A stretch of 64,000 nucleotides of DNA from Candidatus Omnitrophota bacterium (GTDB lineage: Bacteria > Omnitrophota > Gorgyraeia > JAHJTE01): assembly GCA_040753675.1 (NCBI GenBank), contig JBFMEB010000009.1:3407-67406 (forward strand), given 5' to 3'. Shown here piece after piece: positions 51,551-60,479 of the stretch. Position 1 is the first letter of the stretch; every line of letters starts with the position of its first letter. The position numbers and the translations under genes are program-made. The notes under the pieces are model-generated. The model searched no databases, had not been told where the DNA came from, and saw only the letters and a program-made list of their open reading frames with translations.

Positions 51551-51557
51551 ATGATTA

Positions 51558-51600
51558 CATCTGTGTTTATCTGTCGCATTTGAATCTGTGTTCATCTGTG
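51558..51600. repeat. ATCTGTG-type short repeat arm directly after the giant CDS stop
   Basis: catctgtgtttatctgt...aatctgtgttcatctgtg; same family as the arms at 52927 and 53900. Confidence 0.7.
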
Positions 51601-51614
51601 GGAGAACTTAGTTA

Positions 51615-52925
51615 ATGTATAGTAACTCAATGATTAACAACGAGAAAAGAAAGTTCCAGCGCATAAGCGAGACGCTGCCGGTGCGGTTTAGATTCTCGGA
51701 TAGGCAGGGCTCTGTCTGGTATGATGCAAAGACCCAAAATATCTCTGAGGGTGGTTTGTTTGTTACCAATAATTTGAGCTTAGATGAGATTGGCGATGTT
51801 GTGCATGTTGATTTGAATATTGATAATAGCTTATTGCGAATTATATGTCAGGTTGCTTGGGTAAAGAGAGAAAATGATATAGCAGCTGGCTTTGGTTTAA
51901 AAATAATCCAAATAGAGCAAAAACATAGGCAAATTTTCCTTACCTATATATATAGCAGAGTCAAGCCAAAGAGAATGCCCTGCAAGATAAAATTCTTAAG
52001 GCAGCCCATATCTAAACTGCCAGATAAAGAGCGCAGGTGTTTCCAAATCTTAGATTATATTCGTAGATTTGGTCCGGTTTCAAAGGCAGATATCTGTAAA
52101 GAAATAGATTTAAATGCTGTTAGCGTTGGCAAGTTTATTGAAGACTTTTTAAGATTAGGAATAGTATTTGACTGCGGCCTTGATTTATCCAGCGGCGGCC
52201 GCAGAGCCCAGCTATTTAGAATTAATAAAGATTTTGGGTTTATTTTAGGCATAGATGTTGATAGAGATAGCGGAAATCTCTATGCTTTAGTTGCTAATAT
52301 GGATTTAGAAATCATTATGGAAGAAACAAAACCCTTTGGGAAACAGGATGATATAAAAAATATTTTAATTAATTTCATCAATGCAATTAAATTTAAGATA
52401 GCTAATAATGGCAATAATATCTTAGGAATTGGAATCGGCCTTGGTGAATCGCACACTGACCATAGATTAGCAGATTATTTATCAGAAGCTGTTGGCCTAC
52501 CTGTTATTATTGAGGAGGGTTTTCACTTAGAGTCTTTTGCGCAGAGTTGGATTACCAGGGCATTGTCGAATAAGAATATACTTTACATACATTCCAAACA
52601 TCACTTAAGTTTAATCTTGCAAGGTGATATCTATAAACCTGAGAGAGAAATTGAGAATAAAGTTGAATTAACTCCAATAGATTTGCAGGATAAGGTATTG
52701 GCTTTATTAGAGTTGCTAGGTCCAGATATAGTTTATATTTCAAAGAAAGCTGAGAAAGAGTCCCCTCTTTTGAAACAGGCGCTTACGGAACGCTTGAAGA
52801 GAACTGATATTAGCGAAACTCAGGGTATTAAAGTGCTTAGCTCAGACGTTGACGAGAAAAATGCTATAGCTCTCGGGGCTATAAGCCTGGTGATGAAGGA
52901 GATATTTGTGGCAATCTGCGGATAG
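51615..52925 (+). CDS. PilZ domain - ROK-family transcriptional regulator fusion
   Basis: PilZ RKFQR and NISEGG; wHTH LDYIRRFGPVSKADI...SSGGRR; ROK ILGIDV, ILGIGIG, GLPVIIE and AIALGA. Confidence 0.9.
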   Translation: MYSNSMINNEKRKFQRISETLPVRFRFSDRQGSVWYDAKTQNISEGGLFVTNNLSLDEIGDVVHVDLNIDNSLLRIICQVAWVKRENDIAAGFGLKIIQIEQKHRQIFLTYIYSRVKPKRMPCKIKFLRQPISKLPDKERRCFQILDYIRRFGPVSKADICKEIDLNAVSVGKFIEDFLRLGIVFDCGLDLSSGGRRAQLFRINKDFGFILGIDVDRDSGNLYALVANMDLEIIMEETKPFGKQDDIKNILINFINAIKFKIANNGNNILGIGIGLGESHTDHRLADYLSEAVGLPVIIEEGFHLESFAQSWITRALSNKNILYIHSKHHLSLILQGDIYKPEREIENKVELTPIDLQDKVLALLELLGPDIVYISKKAEKESPLLKQALTERLKRTDISETQGIKVLSSDVDEKNAIALGAISLVMKEIFVAICG

Positions 52926-52965
52926 GGCACAGATGATCGCTGATAATTGAACAGATGATCACAGA

Positions 52966-52994
52966 TTGATACATAGAACGAATTCTTGTATAAT
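52966..52994 (+). promoter_or_regulatory. Putative sigma70 promoter for the PilZ pair
   Basis: TTGATA-17 nt-TATAAT, 40 nt upstream of ATG 53034. Confidence 0.7.
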
Positions 52995-53033
52995 GATATT
53001 TAAGATTTAACCTACGATAGCGGGGGATGGATC

Positions 53034-53414
53034 ATGGAAGATAAAAGAAGACATAGCCGTTGGCAGTTGGCAAGTAATCTTTTAGTAAGAGAATCTGGCA
53101 CAGATAGCGAAGGATTCCAGGCAAAAACGAACGATATTAGTATTGGGGGATTATGTTTTCTTTCTCCCAGGATGATTGTCCATCAGACAGAATTAGATTT
53201 TGTTATTGATTTTCCAGATGAGAAAAATTCCATCTTTGCCAAAGGCAAAGTGGTTTGGGAGAAAGAGAAGATCTTGGACGACCAACAACGGGTTATTATG
53301 ACAGGGGTTAGTTTTGATATCCTTCGCGATGCTGATAAGGAAAGAATTTTTAATTATGCCTATAAATTTTGCCGAGAGGATTTGGCAAAAAAATGGTGGC
53401 AGGGGGTGAAATAA
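53034..53414 (+). CDS. PilZ domain protein
   Basis: RRHSR, DISIGG, GKVVW, GVSF. Confidence 0.92.
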   Translation: MEDKRRHSRWQLASNLLVRESGTDSEGFQAKTNDISIGGLCFLSPRMIVHQTELDFVIDFPDEKNSIFAKGKVVWEKEKILDDQQRVIMTGVSFDILRDADKERIFNYAYKFCREDLAKKWWQGVK

Positions 53415-53415
53415 A

Positions 53416-53745
53416 ATGCAAGACGAGCGGCGCTTATTTGAGCGGTTGTCAACAAAGTTACCTGCAGTAGTCAGGGCACAGACTGATGGTTCGGTATTCG
53501 AGGCACAAATCCAGGATTTGGCAGCTAAAGGGCTTGGTATAACCAGCAGAGACAGGATTCCTCAAGAAGGCCGGGTGAATTTGAGAATAGAAATTCCTGG
53601 CCAGAAAAATTACCTCAATCTTGTCGGCCAGATTGTCTGGTCAAGAGAGAATTTTCCTGACGGCTGGCGAGCAGGAATTTGGCTAAGGGAACAGTCAACT
53701 GATTTGGTTAGTTTTTCGGTGCTTTTAGATAAGGCTAACCGCTAA
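53416..53745 (+). CDS. PilZ domain protein
   Basis: RLFER, DLAAKG, GQIVW, AGI. Confidence 0.88.
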   Translation: MQDERRLFERLSTKLPAVVRAQTDGSVFEAQIQDLAAKGLGITSRDRIPQEGRVNLRIEIPGQKNYLNLVGQIVWSRENFPDGWRAGIWLREQSTDLVSFSVLLDKANR

Positions 53746-53804
53746 AACGCAAAATCACTAATCGCAAAAACGCAAAATTATTATCTTTGCGGTTGCAAAA
53801 GTGC

Positions 53805-53833
53805 TTGACCCGCCTAAAGATTTATGGTAAATT
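53805..53833 (+). promoter_or_regulatory. Putative sigma70 promoter of the GH94-ABC operon
   Basis: TTGACC-17 nt-TAAATT with a TGn extension. Confidence 0.55.
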
Positions 53834-53965
53834 TTTTCTTTGCATCTCGTAATAGATAATCAATCTTAAAAGAAAATACCAAAATATTTTAAATTATTTA
53901 TCAGTGATCATCTGTTCAGTTATCTGTGATCATCTGTGCTAAAAAGAAAGGAGCAAGTTAAAAAT

Positions 53966-56407
53966 ATGAAGTACGGCCACTTTAGTAAAGACAACACAGA
54001 GTTTATCATCACTGACCCGCTAACACCCCGTCCCTGGATTAATTATTTGACTAACGAAGAATATGGTTCAGTTATTTCTCACTGCGCCGGCGGATATAGT
54101 TTTTTTAAAGACTGCCGCTCTGACAGAGTCCTACGCTGGCTTCCGGAAAATTGGCAAACAGACAGGCCAGGGCGATATATTTATGTTAAGCAGAAAGCAG
54201 AAAGCAGAAAGCAGAAAGCAAAAGTTTGGTCCTTGACTTACCAGCCGGTGAGAGAAAAATTAGATTTTTATGAAGCAAGGCATGGATTAGGTTATACACA
54301 AATCAAAACAAAATATAACGGGACTTCTTCCGATATTACTTATTTTGTCCCTGTCCATGACCATTGTGAAATCTGGTTAGTAAATATCAAAAACGAAACT
54401 AAGCAAACCAAACATTTAGAACTCTTTCCTTATTGCGAATGGCTTTTAGGAGATTATCATTTGGAACTACGCTATCGCAATATTCTGAATTTATATAATC
54501 GTGTCTGGTTTGATAAGCAGCACTCTGCGATTTTTGCCAAAAAGACGGCTAGTTGGGGAGATATGGACATCCAGCCATTTGCCTATCTGGCATTTTTTGC
54601 TTCATCATTAAAAGTAGACGGCTATGTAACTCAAAAATATCCTTTCTTAGGCAGGCATAATACCTGTGAACGTCCGCAAATGATATTCGAAGATAATTTT
54701 AAAAATATTGATTTCTGTTCCGGAGAAGATGCAATAGGTTGCTTTAGGCATAAACTCACTTTAGCCCCCGGAAAAAATAAAGAATTTGTAATCATCTTAG
54801 GTCAGACCGAGGGCCAAACCACTGTTTCAAAATTGCTTACTAAATACCGCAATTTAAAAAATTCAAAGAAGGAATTAGCAGCGGTAAAATCCTTGTGGCG
54901 GATGAGGATTTTAGATAATATCTGGATACAGACTGCGGATAAAGACTTTGATTTTATGATGAATATCTGGGTTAAGTATCAGCTTTATATTTGTAATTTA
55001 TGGAGCCGCTCGCCGAGTTACTACCATGAAGGTAGTGGAGGAAGAGGCTACCGGGATTCTTGCCAGGATTCAGAAAGCCTTTGTTCGATAAATAGCGAGT
55101 TTACCCGTAAGCGCATATTGCATATTGCCTCTTTAATCCGCAAAGACGGCACTTCTGCTCCGGGTTGGGGCGATACTACTGGGCCGGCAGGCCATAGGCC
55201 GAATAAAGACCATCAGATTTGGCTTACCGCAACAGTGCATGCCTACATTAGGGAGACAGGCGATAAATCTATACTTAGCGAATATGTGCCATATTTGAAA
55301 GATAGATGGATTGGCGGATGGGAAGTAGATGTAAATTATAAAGGCGGGGCTACCACCGACGGAGAAGGAACGCTTTTAGAGCACTTAGAAAAGAATTTAA
55401 ATTTCTGCTTTAATGACGTTGGCGAGAGGGGTTTTCCCTTAATTGGCCATGCGGATTGGAATGATGCTATTGATGCAGCAGGCAAAGAGCACAAAGGCGA
55501 TAGCGTCTGGTTGGCGCAGGCTTTGGTAAGAAGTTTGCGGCTTTTTGCCGACATCTGCGAGCTTATCGGTGAGAAAGGCAAAAAAGAAGAGTTCTTGCAT
55601 AAAGCAAAGACAATGAGCGAGCGGATAAACGATGTTGGCTGGGACGGTGCCTGGTATAAGCGGGGCTTTACTGATGATGGCACAGTTTACGGCAGTAAAG
55701 TAAATAATGAAGGAAAAATTTTTATCAATACCCAGGCCTGGGCGCTTTTATCCGGGGTGAGCGATGACGGCGGTAAAACCAAACAGGTTGTTGATTCGAC
55801 AATGAAATATTTAGACGGCAAGCACGGTTTTGCTTTATTCTACCCCGCCTACAGTAAATTTAATCCTAAACTCGGACGTATCAGTATGTTTTCCGAAGGC
55901 ACAAAAGAAAATGCAGCAGTGTTTTGCCACGCTGCAACATTTATGATTGTTGCATTATTATCAGAAGGCTTTGGAAATATTGGCTATCAGTCAATGCGAA
56001 AACTTATGCCAAATTTACAGCAAGATTATGAATTATATAAGACTGAGCCATATGTCTGGTCTGAATATATTGTGGGGCCCCAGCATCCTTACCTATATGG
56101 AGAAGGAGCGTTTACCTGGATTACTGGCACAGCTGGATGGACTTTTATGGCAGCAACTGAGTGGCTGTTAGGCGCGCGCAGAGATTTTGATGGCTTAAGA
56201 ATAGACCCTTGTATTCCCAGTCACTGGAAACATTGCCGTATTAGAAGGCCTTTTCGAGGAGCAATATACGATATTGAGATTGAGAATCCAAGAGGAAAAC
56301 AAAAAGGCGTAAGCGCTGTTTATGTTAACGGCGAGTTGATAGACGGGAATTTAATAAAACCAGGACAAGCTGGAAAGACTTATAAAGTTAGAGTGGTGAT
56401 GGGATGA
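53966..56407 (+). CDS. GH94 glycoside phosphorylase (cellobiose/chitobiose-phosphorylase-like)
   Basis: TPRPWINYL, RHGLGY, GYRDSCQD, DWND (catalytic Asp), KENAAVFCHA, WITGTAGW. ATG 53966 follows AGGAG. Confidence 0.95.
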   Translation: MKYGHFSKDNTEFIITDPLTPRPWINYLTNEEYGSVISHCAGGYSFFKDCRSDRVLRWLPENWQTDRPGRYIYVKQKAESRKQKAKVWSLTYQPVREKLDFYEARHGLGYTQIKTKYNGTSSDITYFVPVHDHCEIWLVNIKNETKQTKHLELFPYCEWLLGDYHLELRYRNILNLYNRVWFDKQHSAIFAKKTASWGDMDIQPFAYLAFFASSLKVDGYVTQKYPFLGRHNTCERPQMIFEDNFKNIDFCSGEDAIGCFRHKLTLAPGKNKEFVIILGQTEGQTTVSKLLTKYRNLKNSKKELAAVKSLWRMRILDNIWIQTADKDFDFMMNIWVKYQLYICNLWSRSPSYYHEGSGGRGYRDSCQDSESLCSINSEFTRKRILHIASLIRKDGTSAPGWGDTTGPAGHRPNKDHQIWLTATVHAYIRETGDKSILSEYVPYLKDRWIGGWEVDVNYKGGATTDGEGTLLEHLEKNLNFCFNDVGERGFPLIGHADWNDAIDAAGKEHKGDSVWLAQALVRSLRLFADICELIGEKGKKEEFLHKAKTMSERINDVGWDGAWYKRGFTDDGTVYGSKVNNEGKIFINTQAWALLSGVSDDGGKTKQVVDSTMKYLDGKHGFALFYPAYSKFNPKLGRISMFSEGTKENAAVFCHAATFMIVALLSEGFGNIGYQSMRKLMPNLQQDYELYKTEPYVWSEYIVGPQHPYLYGEGAFTWITGTAGWTFMAATEWLLGARRDFDGLRIDPCIPSHWKHCRIRRPFRGAIYDIEIENPRGKQKGVSAVYVNGELIDGNLIKPGQAGKTYKVRVVMG
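54188..54222 (+). repeat. In-frame heptamer tandem repeat (AAGCAGA x4 + AAGCAAA) in GH94
   Basis: aagcagaaagcagaaagcagaaagcagaaagcaaa, encoding KQKAESRKQKAK. Confidence 0.9.
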
Positions 56408-56430
56408 CCTTATAGAACTTATCTATAATT

Positions 56431-56899
56431 AAACCCTAAATTCAAAACTCTAAACTCTAAATAAACTCAAATGTCCAAAACCCCAAATTCAAAACCATAT
56501 GATTTAGGAGCCAGGACCCTTAAATTTGCTAAAAGAGTAAGGGATTATGTAAAAGCTTTACCAAAGACATTGGCTAACATAGAAGATGCTAAGCAGCTTA
56601 TTAAAGCTTCTGGTTCAGTTGGTGCCAATTATATAGAAGCTGAAGAGGCTTTGAGTAAAAAAGATTTTATAATGAGAATAAAAATTTCAAGAAAAGAGGC
56701 AAAAGAAAGCAGATACTGGTTAGAATTAACCGAGCACAGAGAAGATCAGAAGAGTGAGCAGGAGGCTTTAATTAATGAAGCGGTAGAATTAACAAAAATT
56801 TTTGGTTCAATAGTTGAACGATCCAAATAATTCTTTTGAGTTTTAGATTTTGCGTTTTGTATTTGTTTAGGATTTAGGTTTAGGATTTAGAGTTTATAT
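56431..56899 (+). mobile_element. Putative four-helix-bundle cassette bounded by heptamer-rich imperfect inverted repeats
   Basis: Left arm aaaccct/aaattca/aaactct..., right arm ...ggattta/gagttta. It sits between GH94 and the ABC binding protein, and a related copy lies at 60310-60479. Confidence 0.6.
56471..56830 (+). CDS. Four-helix-bundle protein (23S rRNA intervening-sequence protein/Avd-like family)
   Basis: DL..RT..FA, QLIKASGSVGANYIEA.EA.SKKDF...I.ISRKEA.ES.YWL. Confidence 0.93.
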   Translation: MSKTPNSKPYDLGARTLKFAKRVRDYVKALPKTLANIEDAKQLIKASGSVGANYIEAEEALSKKDFIMRIKISRKEAKESRYWLELTEHREDQKSEQEALINEAVELTKIFGSIVERSK

Positions 56900-56914
56900 T
56901 TAAAAAGAATAGAT

Positions 56915-58210
56915 ATGAAGAGATTGTCTACATTGTTTATTATTGTTTGTTTTTCATTGAGTCTTATTGGCTGTGTTGCAGAAGATAGTGCTTCAGCCAA
57001 AAAAACCATAACCGTTTGGCATTGGATGACTGACCGGGAGGCGGCCTTTCAAGAATTAGCTAAACGCTACGAAGATGATACCGGCATAAAGGTTAATTTT
57101 GAACTCTATGCCCCTTCTGATATCTATAGCCAAAAGGTGCGCGCTGCTGCTCAAGGGATAACCTTGCCAGATATATATGGGCTTCTGGGCGAAAAGAGAG
57201 ATTTTGCCGCATTTATAAAAAGTGGCCACGTAGCAGATTTAAGTGAGCCAATGTTTGAGGAAAATGGCGCTTGGAAAGAAAGTTTCTTTTCTAAAGCTCT
57301 CGAGGTGGTGGAATTCAAGGAGAATAATGCCTATGGCATAAAGCCAGGCATCTATGGTGCTCCCATTGATATAATGAACATCCAGATGCTTTACAATAAA
57401 AAATTATTTAAAAGGGGAGGCCTTGACCCAGAGAGGCCACCCTTAAACTGGAAGGAATTTATTGAGGATATCGAAAGCCTAAAAAAAGTGGGCGCGCCGG
57501 GTTTGGTTTCAGGGTGGGGAGAGATTTGGATGATTGATTGCTTTGCCTCCAATTATGCATTTAATATTATGGGGGAAGATAAGGTTATCGCTACTTTAAA
57601 AGGAGAGGTACCTTATACGGATCCGGATTGGATTAAGGTCTTTTCATTATTTAAAGAACTGGCAGATAAAGATGCCTTAGCATCCGGCGTTGTGATAATG
57701 AAAAACAAAGTCGCTGAGCAGACTTTTGCTAATGAAAGAGCGGCATTTGCATTTAATGGTTCATGGTGTATTAATGTTTATGAGGGGATGAATCCTAATT
57801 TAGAGTATGCTCCATTTTTACCGCCAAAAGTAAATATGAAAAAACCTATGTATATTTGGGGAGGAGGCTCTTCATTCTCATTTCTGGTAAATGATAGATC
57901 TACTAAGAAATTAGAGGCAATAAAGTTTTTAAAGTGGTTAACCGATAAAGACCAACAGGCATATTTATCGAATGAAACTAAGAACTTACCTTCCAACAAA
58001 TTTGCGCTTGCCCAAATACCTAAGATTTTGGCTCAGTTTGCAGCGGGTATGGATAACACTACTCATCCTAGCATTTGGCCAGTGAGTGAGTCTTCGATTG
58101 TGATTGAGGCAATGGGTAAAGGCATTCAGTCAATATTGATTGGAGAAAAGACTCCTCAAGAGTTAGGAGAAGAATTGCAGGCTTTAAAAGAGAAAGAGTT
58201 ATTTAAGTAG
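56915..58210 (+). CDS. Carbohydrate ABC transporter substrate-binding lipoprotein
   Basis: Lipobox LIGC; ITVWHW, PDI, YGAP....MLYNKKLF..GLD..PP.NW.EF, F.N..AAF..NGSW. Confidence 0.93.
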   Translation: MKRLSTLFIIVCFSLSLIGCVAEDSASAKKTITVWHWMTDREAAFQELAKRYEDDTGIKVNFELYAPSDIYSQKVRAAAQGITLPDIYGLLGEKRDFAAFIKSGHVADLSEPMFEENGAWKESFFSKALEVVEFKENNAYGIKPGIYGAPIDIMNIQMLYNKKLFKRGGLDPERPPLNWKEFIEDIESLKKVGAPGLVSGWGEIWMIDCFASNYAFNIMGEDKVIATLKGEVPYTDPDWIKVFSLFKELADKDALASGVVIMKNKVAEQTFANERAAFAFNGSWCINVYEGMNPNLEYAPFLPPKVNMKKPMYIWGGGSSFSFLVNDRSTKKLEAIKFLKWLTDKDQQAYLSNETKNLPSNKFALAQIPKILAQFAAGMDNTTHPSIWPVSESSIVIEAMGKGIQSILIGEKTPQELGEELQALKEKELFK

Positions 58211-58220
58211 TTTCTAGTTA

Positions 58221-58353
58221 GTTCTGAAAAAATATTTTTTAACGCAGATATACGCAAATCTAACGCAGATTTTCGCAGATTTCTCTACTAAATATCTGCG
58301 ACCATTTGCGTTACATCGGCGAGAATCTGCGTTCAAGAAAAGGTTTTTTAGAA
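58221..58353. repeat. Intergenic CGCAGAT/ATCTGCG inverted-repeat element
   Basis: Four ~10-nt CGCAGAT-type units followed by four complementary ATCTGCG-type units. AACGCAGAT (58241) pairs with ATCTGCGTT (58325). Confidence 0.85.
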
Positions 58354-58373
58354 ATCTCTTCTAAATTAGACGC

Positions 58374-59405
58374 TTGATGATATTTAAAAATATCTATGTA
58401 AAATCAATCATAGTTACCTCCTGTATCATTTTAGCAGAATTAATTTATCAAAAATTCCACAACCTCAGATTCATATCTCCTCTGTTAATATTATTGGCAG
58501 TCTTGATTTCTATTATCCTCGTCATTAAAATTATTTCAGCAAGACAATTCAAAAGTTTTCTTTTTATAGTTCCTGCCTTAGCAATTTTTTCAATATTTTA
58601 TATTTATCCTTTTATAAAAGTTTTACAACTGGCTCACTACAGCTGGGATGGAATATTACCTACAATGAAATTCGTGGCCTTTTATAACTTTTTAGAGGTC
58701 TTAAAAGATAAAGTCTGGTGGCAGTCGATGTTCAACGCCGGTTACATTACCTTTATCGCATTGACCTTCCAGAATGCCCTGGCTTTGATTTTGGCATTAG
58801 CCTGCGATAGGCAAATGAAGGCAGGGAATTTCTACCGCGTTATATTTTTTATACCTCCGGTATTGTCAGAGGTCGTGGTGGGTCTGGTATGGCAGTGGCT
58901 GTACAACGCAGATTACGGTCTGTTAAACCACTGGCTTTACACAATAGGTTTCCCTAATCTTGCCAGGTCTTGGCTGTCTGATCCAAAGACCGCTCTTACC
59001 TGCGTGGCTATCGTGCATTCCTGGAAAGGTTTTGGCTGGGGATTTGTAATTCTCTTGGCTGGATTACAAACTATACCCCGCCAGCTTTATGAAGCTGCAC
59101 GTGTTGACGGAGCGAATACTTGGCAGGTATTTAAAAATATTACCGCGCCTTTGATGATACCCGTATTCGTGCTGGTGGCGATACTGACAGTGCTAGGTTC
59201 TATGCAGTCGTTTGTTTTAATACTTACTATGACAGACGGCGGGCCGGCATTTCATACCGAGGTGCCGGTAACCAGAATTCTAACTTCTATGATCGGCTCT
59301 TCTAGATTTGGGTATGCTTGTTCACAGAGTATAGTATTCGGTGCAATCCTCCTTGCGATTTCCTTTATACAGAAGAGGCTCTCCCAAAATATGAGGCAGG
59401 CATAA
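58374..59405 (+). CDS. Carbohydrate ABC transporter permease (MalF/UgpA-like)
   Basis: AGLQTIPRQLYEAARVDGA EAA loop, MTDGGP and multiple TM segments. Confidence 0.95.
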   Translation: MMIFKNIYVKSIIVTSCIILAELIYQKFHNLRFISPLLILLAVLISIILVIKIISARQFKSFLFIVPALAIFSIFYIYPFIKVLQLAHYSWDGILPTMKFVAFYNFLEVLKDKVWWQSMFNAGYITFIALTFQNALALILALACDRQMKAGNFYRVIFFIPPVLSEVVVGLVWQWLYNADYGLLNHWLYTIGFPNLARSWLSDPKTALTCVAIVHSWKGFGWGFVILLAGLQTIPRQLYEAARVDGANTWQVFKNITAPLMIPVFVLVAILTVLGSMQSFVLILTMTDGGPAFHTEVPVTRILTSMIGSSRFGYACSQSIVFGAILLAISFIQKRLSQNMRQA

Positions 59406-60244
59406 TGCTTAATTTTAGCGTAAAGAAAACAACTACAAACATCCTAGTTCATCTTTTATTGATTTCAGTGTCGATTACCTGTCTTTTCCCGCTATTGTGG
59501 ATGTTTGGTTCTTCTTTAAAGACTCAAGGCACGGTTTTTTCTGACTTGAGCATAATTCCTCAACATCCGCATTTCGAGAATTATATAAAAGCCTGGACTG
59601 ACGGGGGTTTCGGCAGGTATTTCTTTAATAGTTTAATATACACCATCGCTGTAGTGTTAGGTATAGTTTTGGTATCGTCGCTGGCCGCATTTGCGTTTTC
59701 GCGATTGGAATTTCCTGGAAGAAACGCATTTTTTATCATGTTTCTTGCCGCGATGATGATACCGCTGCCGGGCAGTTTTGTTCCTTTATATGTGCTTATG
59801 GTGAAACTTCATTTGGTCAATACGCGCTTAGGCTATTGTTTATGCCTTATTAACGTGGGGCTGTCTTTTAGCATATTTTTGCTTAAGACGTATTTTGATA
59901 AGATGCCTAAAGAGTTAGAGGATGCCGCGAGAATTGACGGTTGCAACAGATTGGGAATTTATAGACACGTGGCTCTGCCCTTTGCCAGGCCGGCTCTTGC
60001 AGTGGTAGTGGTTTTTAACGCCCTGAATGTTTGGAACGAATATGTGCTGGCTTTGATAATATTTAGTAGTAAAGACCTGATGCCTCTTCAACGTGGGTTG
60101 ATGATGTTTCGGGGAGAATTCCTGACTAATTACCCACTTTTGATGGCAGGGCTTACTATAGCGGCCTTACCTATAATTATCTTATACCTGTTGATGCAGA
60201 AGTATATTGTCAAGGGAGCAACTTCTCAGGTGGTATTTCCATAA
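59405..60244 (+). CDS. Carbohydrate ABC transporter permease (MalG/UgpE-like)
   Basis: PKELEDAARIDGC and WNEY. The probable ATG at 59405 overlaps the upstream TAA. Confidence 0.95.
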   Translation: MLNFSVKKTTTNILVHLLLISVSITCLFPLLWMFGSSLKTQGTVFSDLSIIPQHPHFENYIKAWTDGGFGRYFFNSLIYTIAVVLGIVLVSSLAAFAFSRLEFPGRNAFFIMFLAAMMIPLPGSFVPLYVLMVKLHLVNTRLGYCLCLINVGLSFSIFLLKTYFDKMPKELEDAARIDGCNRLGIYRHVALPFARPALAVVVVFNALNVWNEYVLALIIFSSKDLMPLQRGLMMFRGEFLTNYPLLMAGLTIAALPIIILYLLMQKYIVKGATSQVVFP

Positions 60245-60309
60245 TGCCTTATCAAATAAATAAGGGTTTAATTCAAAAATTAAAGTGCAAAAATCTATTA
60301 CATAAATTT

Positions 60310-60479
60310 ATATAAACTCTAAACACTAAATTCTAAATCCTAAATAAATCCAAAATTCAAAACATAAAACTCAAAACCTCATTTGACCTCTCAGGCATAA
60401 AATGTCTTCATACGCTTTTGGATTTTAGGTTTTGGACATTTGAGTTTGTTTAGAGTTTAGGGTTTCGGATTTAGGGTTT
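60310..60479 (-). mobile_element. Internally deleted, inverted copy of the four-helix-bundle cassette (MITE-like)
   Basis: The reverse complement of 60408-60479 matches 56431-56502 at 63/72 nt. The reverse complement of 60310-60376 resembles 56834-56899. Only ~31 nt separate the arms. Confidence 0.75.

Larger units (their letters stand above)
52927..53939. repeat. 40-bp inverted repeat pair (52927-52966 and 53900-53939) bracketing two PilZ genes
   Basis: gcacagatgatcgctgataattgaacagatgatcacagat versus the reverse complement of 53900-53939: 36/40 identical by hand. Confidence 0.85.

Noticed and set aside
2-51550. Giant ORF as an artefact of stop-codon reassignment
   Set aside because: It contains no in-frame stop under the standard code, and downstream genes end normally in TAA, TAG and TGA.
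367-51579. The many short minus-strand and alternate-frame ORFs overlapping the giant CDS (other than 48014-48349)
   Set aside because: Ser/Ile/Leu/Phe-rich shadow translations with no recognisable motifs; expected antisense to a long AT-rich gene.
53936-53965. GTG start for GH94
   Set aside because: It lies in the repeat arm; ATG 53966 follows AGGAG and gives the typical MKYG.F N-terminus.
56471-56830. Diversity-generating retroelement (Avd-like gene)
   Set aside because: No reverse transcriptase and no TR/VR pair with adenine-specific mismatches seen in the window.
59318-59404. Extended N-terminus of the second permease
   Set aside because: It overlaps the previous gene by 88 nt; ATG 59405 coupled to the upstream TAA is more plausible.
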